In this document: in pieces, positions 53,583 through 64,000 of the stretch | How positions within the stretch are numbered: position 1 is the first letter of the stretch | How the letters are laid out: each line of letters opens with the position of its first letter | DNA from: Eledone cirrhosa | Lineage: Eukaryota | Length of the DNA stretch: 64,000 nt | Direction of reading: 5' to 3' | NCBI GenBank assembly: GCA_964016885.1 | Contig: OZ024740.1 | Coordinates: forward strand, 265,980,001-266,044,000 | Notes under the pieces: generated by a model | Seen by the model: only the letters and a program-made list of their open reading frames with translations | Database searches by the model: none | Told to the model about the DNA's origin: nothing | Position numbers and translations under genes: made by a program

Positions 53583-53849
53583 AAGAATAACATGAACATG
53601 ACGATGTTTCACATGACTGCTTTTATTGAATAAAACCAGTTACGGACGTTTCATAGATGATTGGCTCATATTTGTGTTATAGCCCCAACTCCACCACCAA
53701 TCTGCTCATTAGACTTGTTATTCATGCAAAAACCAAAATTACAATGCAATCTGTTTTCATGTTATTTATGTTCTGAGTTGAAATCCGTCAAATTCAACTT
53801 TGCCTTTCAGCCTTCTAAGATCGATAAAATATCAGTCAAATATTGAGAC

Positions 53850-54163
53850 TTATGGTTTAGTGGTTAGCGCGTTGGGCTTCCAATCCTGTTGGGAGTTCTA
53901 TTCCCGGACCGGGCGATGCGTTGTGTCCTTTGGAAAGACACTTTATTGCACGTTGGTCCAGTTTACTCAGTTGTAGAAATGAGTTGCAACGTCACTGGTG
54001 CCAAGTTGTATTGGCCATTGCCTTTCCTTTGGGCAACATCGGTAGCCTGGTAACTGCTGGTCTTCCACAAACAATCTTGCCCAGATTGTGCCACAGAGGG
54101 GGAAATTTCTAGGTACAAATCCTATGTTCATTCGTGACCGAAGTGGTCATTACTTTACTTTAC
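53850..54163 (+). mobile_element. Second tRNA-derived SINE family (V/CORE-like central domain)
   Basis: Box A tggtttagtgg, box B-like gagttctattcc, gtgtcctttggaaagacacttt core, (TTTAC)n tail; inserted among degraded copies of the other SINE. Confidence 0.7.
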
Positions 54164-54224
54164 TGAAATTCATATAATATTCTTTCCCTCTTACCCTTGT
54201 GCTTAACTTAGAAATCATTATTAT

Positions 54225-54706
54225 TTGTTAGATAGTCAGACAAATTGCAGTGTGGTATTTCTTATGTTTCTGTGTTTTGAATTCAAATCCCACCAAGGTC
54301 AACTTTGCTTTTTTTTTTGTCCTTTTAGATACTATAAAATAAAGTAGGGATCAATTTTCTCTCCTCTAAATTAGAAAATATTATTACGCCCCTTTAATTT
54401 CTGAGTTCAAGTCCCGCTGAGTTTAGCTGTCTTTCATCTTTACGGGGTCGATAAAATAAAGTACCAGTAGCACTCTGGGGTCGTTTTAATCGTCTTTCCT
54501 CTCCCCCAAAATTGTTGACCTAGTGCCCAAATCAGAAGTCGAGGGTCGGACGTCATGCTTTGACGCATAGAGTTACGGCCCTTGCCATTCTGTGTTCAAA
54601 TCCCGCCAAGGTTAACTTTGCCTTTCATCCTTACGGAGTCGATAAAATAAAATACCAGTAATGCACTGGGTAATTGCTGGCCTTGTACCAAAAGTAGAAA
54701 CAATTT
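54225..54706 (+). mobile_element. Cluster of three degraded or partial SINE copies
   Basis: Repeated ttcaaatccc...tttcatcc...gtcgataaaataaagtaccag blocks. Confidence 0.75.
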
Positions 54707-55054
54707 TTATTTAATCAATCATTTAATGATTTGATTAATTAGGTCAGATTTTTACATGCCATCTATTGACGCTAATATATCTTGATGTGGCTATCCCAAA
54801 ACACTAATTCTATAGGTAATTAATTATAGATTGAAGCAATGTCGCATTATATTACTGACATTTTATTGACTTGAAGCGAAAGGTAGATATAAGCCATGAC
54901 ATACACCGGCCACACTAAATTTTAAATTACAAATAAGCAATGCAAATTAATTATCCCATCTATCGGACAAAAGTAATTATATTTAAGAGAAGATGCTGAA
55001 AATTCTTCAGATTTATGGGTTCTCTCACAGAGTTGTTCGAGCCATTGGTGTCAT

Positions 55055-56171
55055 GTAGGAAAATACCATGGCAAAAGACATGTCTGATGATGATGAGACC
55101 GGTTTCTTTGAAATTAAGAATAGAGTACTTCAAGGTGATACCCTGTCTCCATAAATCTTTATTATAGTGGATTGGCAGTATCGGTAGAAGGTCGGACGCC
55201 ATGCTTTCCAGCATAGTTACGTCCCTTTACGATCTGAGTTCAAATCCCGCCGAGGTTTACTTTGCCTTTCATCCTTACGGGGTCGATAAAATAAAGTACC
55301 AGTAATGTACTGGGATAATTGCTGGCCTTGTGCCAAAAGTAGAAACAATTATAGTAATAGATTACGTTATGACATGTTTAAGGTCATGAGAATTGCGGTT
55401 TTAATTTAAACCGAACCACAACTAGGAAACAACTTCATCCCAAGAATATTATCACTGTCACTAATTATGCAGATGAGATCTGTCTAATGTCAAACAATAT
55501 AGTAGATACTCAAACTCTTTTCACTCGACTGGAAGAGACAGCGATAAAAGTAGGGTTGAAAATAAATGAGACCATGACCGAATTTATGGTTTTTAGTACA
55601 TATAGTCAGCTGAGCGCTTCAAATGGCGAAAGTATTTTTAAAAATTCTGATTTCAAATATCTCGGAGCATGGATCTCGTCCCATAAACAAACTTAACAAA
55701 ACATGGTAATTATCTCGCTCGAGGAAACTAAAGCGTAAGTTTTTCAAAGCCACAGTTGAAAGCGTGTTAATCTACGGGATGGAAGCATGGATGCTTAATA
55801 AATCCCTCGTAAAAAGACTAAATGTGTGTTACGTGAGATTCCTGAGACACGCTTTCAACATATCTTGGCGACAGAGAGTCACAAATGGAGAAATCTATCT
55901 GCATAGTCCGCCCGTGTCTGATATTGTTTGACTAAGAAGGATATGTTTTGCGGGACATTGTTACAGGGCTAAAAACAAGTGCGTCAGTCGTGTTCTTTTA
56001 TGGAAGCCTGCGTACGGTCGTAGAAGTAGAGGCCATACTGCAACACAACATATAAGGAGATGCTATTGCTGACACGGGAAGAAATTTTACAGATCTTGGA
56101 GTGATAATGCTAGATCGAGACAAATGGAAGAAGTACTGTTCATTGGATCGAGGAAGCTCGACTCATGAGCG

Positions 56172-56175
<4 letters not shown>
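55055..56175 (+). mobile_element. RTE-clade RT remnant interrupted by a SINE
   Basis: FFEIKNRVLQGDTLSP, TNYADEICLMS, VGLKINET, FKYLGAWI, FAGHCYR. The SINE at 55165-55350 has TSD attatagt (55161-55168 / 55348-55355). Confidence 0.8.
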
Positions 56176-56247
<72 letters not shown>

Positions 56248-56709
56248 TATATTTATGTGCGCGCCTTAATGTCCATATGCTTATGATAATAATGTATACA
56301 CATATATGTGTGTGGGTGTGTGTGTGTGTGTATGTTCGTGGTTGTGTGTATGTTTATGCGTATACGCGCGTGTGTGTGAATGTATGTATATGTGTGAGTA
56401 TATGAATGTGTATATATTTATTTTTTTATTTTTATATTTATATGTTTATATACGTATATGTATTTTATCTGTAGATTATAAACATACAGAGATATTAGCT
56501 CTGAATTTTTGTATTTACATACATTTTTTCGGCATGCATATGCATGTGAACATATATTTTTATGCATATCTGTGAACGAAGTTACTTACATATATACACA
56601 CACCTAACTGTATTTCTGGATAAACTTTTTGAGTTTTCATTGGTCAATTTGAACTCTGTTCCCAAACAGACCTGTAATTTTGAATTGTTGTTATTATCAA
56701 TAAATATAT

Positions 56710-56863
56710 TTCATTATTTCTGAAGACGGCATATATATGTGTTGGTATGTATATTTAATTTTGATAGTTTGTATAATTTTGTAAAATTTTGTACATAGAT
56801 CTGTTGAATATGCATGCCAATTCTAACACATATATATCCTAGAAACGATCGTTAAATAATGAA
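56710..56863 (+). ncRNA. Type I hammerhead with greatly extended stem II
   Basis: ttcattattt-CTGAAGA-[56727-56841 long hairpin]-GAAA-c gatc g-TT-aaataatgaa; perfect 10-bp stem I; palindromic ACGATCGT. Confidence 0.82.
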
Positions 56864-57057
56864 CTTTTTTTGTTTAATATAAGGAACTGTTTCATTGTTT
56901 TATTCATTATTTTTTTAATGTTTTATCTTGACTCTGTATTCCGTTTATCTTTCACCGAAAGTGATTTTTGATTGCATCTCTTCTTTCCATGATATCCGGA
57001 TTACATTGAGTTCTTCATACGGATTGGATACTACCGTAAACTCTTGGTAGATTTATC

Positions 57058-57136
<79 letters not shown>

Positions 57137-57662
57137 GTTATTCCGGGTTGAGTCGGAGGTAACCACAGTAAGTAAGGTACTCAATACATTGCAGAGTATA
57201 AAAGTTTTAATATAGATGAGATTCTACAGGACTAGAACTATTTCATTCTTTAGAAATCATCAGGAATCTGGGTATCAAAAAATAAGTATGGTATTTATAG
57301 GTCTCTTCGGGCGGTAGGAGAGGGTAGGGAGTGGGATGGGTGTAGGTCATTGGCTGATAGAAAAGGGAATTCATTAAAAGCTAATTCTTCAAAGATATAG
57401 TTTATTTTTAGAGTAACAAAGGCAGAAAGAATTCTATAAACAAAGTTGTTACTCTAAAAATAAACTATAGCTTTGAAGAATTAGCTTTTAATGAATTCCC
57501 TTTTCTATCAACCAATGACCTACACCCATCCCACTCCCTATCTCTCCTACCACCTGAAGAGACCTATAAATACCATACTTATTTTTTGATACCCAGATTC
57601 CTGATGATTTCTAAAGAATGAAACAGTTCTAGTCCTGTAGAATCTCATCTATATTAAAACTA
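57137..57662. mobile_element. Fold-back element with ~220-bp near-identical arms, each containing a hammerhead
   Basis: 57203-57419 is inverted relative to 57446-57661; TA flanks; related remnant at 48830-48935. Confidence 0.85.
57595..57645 (+). ncRNA. Type I hammerhead motif; mirror copy at 57219-57269 on the minus strand
   Basis: agattc-CTGATGA-t ttc taaa gaa t-GAAA-cag ttctagtc ctg-TA-gaatct. Confidence 0.85.
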
Positions 57663-57689
57663 TATATATATATATATATATATATGTAT

Positions 57690-58060
57690 AACAGTTGTCT
57701 GCTCAATACAAAGCTTGGCCACCTCAATGTACATAGAGCTCAGTTTAGGCATTCGAACTCATGTGGGGTTTTTTAGACATCCTTTTAAAATGTCACCTGC
57801 ATAAATTGTACCTTAGTTTCGGTGTAGCTTCAACTGCCAGAGTTGTCTGATTTTGATGAACTTTGAAATGTCTTTTTAGACCTCTTTTAGATTTGCATAT
57901 TTTGTGACATATGTGGCATTGATAAGTGTGAATTGGTTGGTATGTCCTGGCGTCAGTAGGAAGTGTCCTATTATGTACTGTCATGTGAGAATGAAGTCCA
58001 GCTTCTGACGCAGATTTGGCCACAAACTGTGCAAAACATCTTAATTTCGTATTCACTTAT
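57690..58060 (-). mobile_element. RTE-type LINE 3' end encoding C2H2 fingers
   Basis: CHICHKICKSKRGLKRHFKVH plus a degenerate upstream finger; short 3' UTR resembling family A/B ends; TA tail. Confidence 0.6.
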
Positions 58061-58098
58061 TCTATTTTGCTCAAACGTTTTAACACCATCCTATATTA

Positions 58099-58144
<46 letters not shown>

Positions 58145-58147
<3 letters not shown>

Positions 58148-58341
58148 CGAAGGAAATGTGGTAAGGAGCCAGGTGGACCATAACGCACCAAAGTACTCAA
58201 TACGTGGGGTAGTAGAGTGGGTAATAGGAACCAGTAAGACCCCGACGGCTGAGCTCAAGCCGTTTCGACGGCTAATTCTGAGTCCAGAATTAGCCGTCGA
58301 AACGGCTTGAGCTCAGCCGTCGGGGTCATACTGGTTCCTAT
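58145..58341. mobile_element. Fold-back half-hammerhead element, copy 4 (best preserved)
   Basis: 58223-58280 is inverted relative to 58285-58342 around ctgagtccag. Confidence 0.85.
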
Positions 58342-58362
58342 ATATATATATACATATATATA

Positions 58363-58929
58363 GGGCTAGGGATTCCTTCCCCTTTGAGTACATTAATGAC
58401 AGGGAATGGCGAGTGTCTATGGTTCCGTTAATTTATCGTAATATTTCGCTTCTTATAACAGTATCTTCTCTCTCTCTGTTTGGTTGGGCACATTTCTCTG
58501 AGTCGTTTGGGCTGCCCTTTCTAGCAGCTCGTCCCTCAGAGTCCACTGGTTGCTGCCCTAGGCACGCTGTGAATTTCTCTCTACCTCGTGTAGCTGGACG
58601 GTCACTTTAGATTCTTTTAGTGTTGTCTGAAATGCCTTACACACGCTGATGAACCATAGGCTAATCATTTCTGTCAACAACTTATTTGGTGAAACAGATC
58701 TTTTTGGATTTGTACCTGTGTGTTAGATAGTTATCAAGGTACGTATTTGCACTTTGATCTATACTTTTAATTATTGTGTGTCTACTTTGCCATCCATGGG
58801 CTATAGATTCCATACACTGGTGGTTTTTCCCTGTTTGACTGATGGCGTACTATCTCTCTCTCTAGTGTGTTATCTTCTCTACATATTGTATTATAAAGGG
58901 CTCGGGATTCCTTCTCCTTTGAGCACATA
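58363..58929 (+). repeat. ~535-bp unit with ~30-bp terminal redundancy containing a hammerhead
   Basis: gggctagggattccttccctttgagtacat (58363) approximates gggctcgggattccttctcctttgagcacat (58898). Confidence 0.7.
58638..58722 (+). ncRNA. Type I hammerhead motif
   Basis: tacacacg-CTGATGA-acca...tggt-GAAA-cagatc tttttg gatttg-TA-cctgtgtg; one C.C mismatch in stem I. Confidence 0.78.
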
Positions 58930-59084
58930 TATATATATGTATGTATGTATATTATTTGATATTCATACACGGAATAAGAAGCGTTACCTAAGATTTCAAT
59001 GTCCAATTATGACTTCTCACCCAGATTGAGCACTGTCTCCCTTTTTTCCTTTTTCAAATCCTTATATATATATATATATTTATA

Positions 59085-60731
<1,647 letters not shown>

Positions 60732-61001
60732 ATATATATATATATTGTTATATTTGGGGGTAATCATTTTGCCAATTGAACACACGCACCGTATAACTTT
60801 CACTTTATTTTTATTCTGCTGTGAAAGCTCTTTCGTCACACCAATCTGTGACTCCCTCAATGGCTATCTATGTTTTGTGCCTCTTTTTTTTTTCTAGTCG
60901 TTATGCAGTTTTTCATTTCGTCGTTTTGCAGTTATTTCATTTTAAGGTGCGTTTTTCGTGTTTTGTGTTTGTGCATGCTTTCGTATGTGTGTGTGTGTGT
61001 G

Positions 61002-61045
<44 letters not shown>

Positions 61046-61074
61046 TTTGTGTTTTTCTTGTCTATGTGTGATTT

Positions 61075-61604
61075 TGCTCCCTTCCGAACAAACTTTGGTG
61101 TCTCGGGATATACAACCTTTGTGTGTCCATCCCACGCCTCACAGGACAAGTTGTAGGCCAATCGCCAGTTTATGTGGCATGAAATGGAGACTGCAATATA
61201 TTTTTTTCGAACAGGCCCCTCTGCCTAAGGCCTGAACGCGTCCCTTGTTAACGAAGGACGATGCAGTATGGTGTTTTTTCGTTCCTTTGCCTATATAGCA
61301 TTTTTGGTGGTCTTATTCGTGCCAGTCAACAATCTGGTACTTTCTGAGACCTGCGGAGACTAGCCTTTTTTAGAGGTGGTCTTTACTCGCCTCGTCGTAG
61401 TTACGTGATTGGGTTGTGAGAGTTTTCAGGGAGCTAGAGGTGTCACCCATTGCTCCATCTCCCCTAGCTGCTTACCGCTGTTGGTCCGGGGTTACTTATT
61501 CGTCCGGCAGCTGCCCGCTTATATCGCAATTAACCATCATATCTGGTGGCCGTATCGCTATCTGCCATCTGCGACTTGTTCTCTAGCAGAACAGCTCTGC
61601 CGCG
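61075..61604 (-). mobile_element. RTE 5'-UTR fragment related to the 40860 element
   Basis: 61075-61252 is the reverse complement of 40880-41052; the extension to 61604 is presumed. Confidence 0.65.
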
Positions 61605-64000
61605 TATGTAGGAATATGTATGTGCGTATGTAGGAATATGTATGTGCGTATGTGTGAATATGTATGCGTGTAGGTGGGACTATGTATGTGCGTATGTGGG
61701 GATATGTATGTGCGTATGTGAGAATATGTATGTGAGTGTGTGAGTATATGTATGAACGTATGTCGGAATATGTATGTGCGTATGTGTGTATGTAGGAATA
61801 TGTATGTGCGTATGTGTGAATATGTATGCGTGTAGGTGGGACTATGTATGTGCGTATGTGGGGATATGTATGTGCGTATGTGAGAATATGTATGTGAGTG
61901 TATGAGTATATGTATGAACGTATGTCGGAATATGTATGTGCGTATGTGTGTATGTAGGAATATGTATGTGCGTATGTGTGAATATGTATGCGTGTAGGTG
62001 GGACTATGTATGTGCGTATGTGGGGATATGTATGTGCGTATGTGAGAATATGTATGTGGGTGTGTGAGTATATGTATGAACGTATGTCGGAATATGTATG
62101 TGCGTATGTGTGTATGTGGGAATATGTATGTGCGTGTGTGGGAAAATGTATGTGTGTATGTGGAAATATGTATGTGCGTGTGTGGGAATATGTATGAACG
62201 TATGTCGGAACATGTATGTGCGTATGTGTGTATGTAGGAATATGTATGTGCATGTGTGGGAATATGTATGTGTGTATGTGGGAATATGTATGTGCGTGTG
62301 TGGGAATATGTATGTGTGTATGTGGAAATATGTATGTGCGTGTGTGGGAATATGTATGTGCGTATGTCGGAACATGTATGTGCGTATGTGTGTATGTGGG
62401 AATATGTATGTGCATGTGTGGGAATATGTATGTGTGTATGTGGGAATATGTATGTGCGTGTGTGGGAATATGTATGTGGGTATGTGGAAATATGTATGTG
62501 CGTGTGTGGGAATATGTAGTAACGTATGTTGGAACATGTATGTGCGTATGTGTGTATGTGGGAATGTGTATGTGCGTATGTGGGGATATGTATGTGCGTA
62601 TGTGAGAATATGTATGTGGGTGTGTGAGTATATGTATGAACGTATGTCGGAATATGTATGTGCGTATGTGTGTATGTGATAATGTGTATGTGCGTGTGTG
62701 GGAATATGTATGTGTGTATGTGGGAATATGTATGTGCGTGTGTGGGAATATGTATGTGTGTGTGTGAGAATATGTATGTGGGTGTGTGAGTATATGTATG
62801 AACGTATGTCGGAATATGTATGTGCGTATGTGTGTATGTGGGAATATGTATGTGCGTGTGTGGGAATATGTGTGTGCGTGTGTGGGAATATGTAGTAACG
62901 TATGTCGGAACATGTATGTGCGTATGTGTGTATGTGGGAATATGTATGTGCGTGTGTGGGAATATGTATGAACGTATGTCGGAATATGTATGTGCGTATG
63001 TGTGTATGTGGGACTATGTATGTGCGTATGTGGGGATATGTATGTGCGTATGTGAGAATATGTATGTGGGTGTGTGAGTATATGTATGAACGTATGTCGG
63101 AATATGTATGTGCGTATGTGTGTATGTGGGAATATGTATGTGCGTGTGTGGGAAAATGTATGTGTGTATGTGGAAATATGTATGTGCGTGTGTGGGAATA
63201 TGTATGAACGTATGTCGGAACATGTATGTGCGTATGTGTGTATGTAGGAATATGTATGTGCATGTGTGGGAATATGTATGTGTGTATGTGGGAATATGTA
63301 TGTGCGTGTGTGGGAATATGTATGTGTGTATGTGGAAATATGTATGTGCGTGTGTGGGAATATGTATGTGCGTATGTCGGAACATGTATGTGCGTATGTG
63401 TGTATGTGGGAATATGTATGTGCATGTGTGGGAATATGTATGTGTGTATGTGGGAATATGTATGTGCGTGTGTGGGAATATGTATGTGGGTATGTGGAAA
63501 TATGTATGTGCGTGTGTGGGAATATGTAGTAACGTATGTTGGAACATGTATGTGCGTATGTGTGTATGTGGGAATGTGTATGTGCGTATGTGGGGATATG
63601 TATGTGCGTATGTGAGAATATGTATGTGGGTGTGTGAGTATATGTATGAACGTATGTCGGAATATGTATGTGCGTATGTGTGTATGTGATAATGTGTATG
63701 TGCGTGTGTGGGAATATGTATGTGTGTATGTGGGAATATGTATGTGCGTGTGTGGGAATATGTATGTGTGTGTGTGAGAATATGTATGTGGGTGTGTGAG
63801 TATATGTATGAACGTATGTCGGAATATGTATGTGCGTATGTGTGTATGTGGGAATATGTATGTGCGTGTGTGGGAATATGTGTGTGCGTGTGTGGGAATA
63901 TGTAGTAACGTATGTCGGAACATGTATGTGCGTATGTGTGTATGTGGGAATATGTATGTGCGTGTGTGGGAATATGTATGAACGTATGTCGGAGTATGTA
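61605..64000. repeat. TATG-derived minisatellite (~20-26-bp units) with 162-bp and 1010-bp higher-order periods
   Basis: taggtgggac at 61671, 61833 and 61995; identical ORF translations offset by 1010 bp (62098/63108, 62216/63226, 62698/63708). Confidence 0.92.

Noticed and set aside
57793-58056. C2H2 zinc-finger host gene
   Set aside because: There is no TGEKP linker array. Position, short 3' UTR and TA tail fit an RTE 3' end.
61558-63981. Long His/Thr/Tyr/Ile-rich ORFs (451 and 639 aa)
   Set aside because: They are translations of a stop-poor minisatellite with no protein-like complexity.
61605-64000. CRISPR-like repeat array
   Set aside because: There are no unique spacers or cas genes; this is a eukaryotic tandem satellite.

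Overview
Gene-poor, microsatellite-saturated animal DNA, probably from a coleoid cephalopod (octopus-like; inferred from the repeat and SINE types, not proven). No intact host protein-coding gene is supportable and nearly everything is retroelement-derived. (1) 1-14042 is a head-to-tail array of Tx1/L1-clade LINEs, each bounded by (GATA)n. (2) R4/Dong-type restriction-like-endonuclease LINE fragments sit in (TACA)n, one with a nested RTE LINE. (3) There are further RTE remnants, bipartite non-autonomous RTE elements, tRNA-derived SINEs, MITEs and a tRNA-Thr(GGT)-like gene. (4) A Naiad-like Penelope element (RT YRDD plus GIY-YIG) carries 983-bp inverted pseudo-LTRs. (5) A higher-order minisatellite fills the right end. 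The most notable signal, found by manual folding, is about 11 sequence-unrelated families of short (TA)n-embedded, tandem or fold-back elements that each carry a type I hammerhead ribozyme motif. They include a U3-A8 compensatory core variant in a 316-bp tandem unit, a hammerhead with a ~115-nt stem II, and a family whose fold-back point lies in the presumed stem II loop. Many share a short 3' YTGAGY-like motif, consistent with a community of Penelope-mobilised retrozyme-like RNAs. All structures were paired by eye and need computational and biochemical confirmation.
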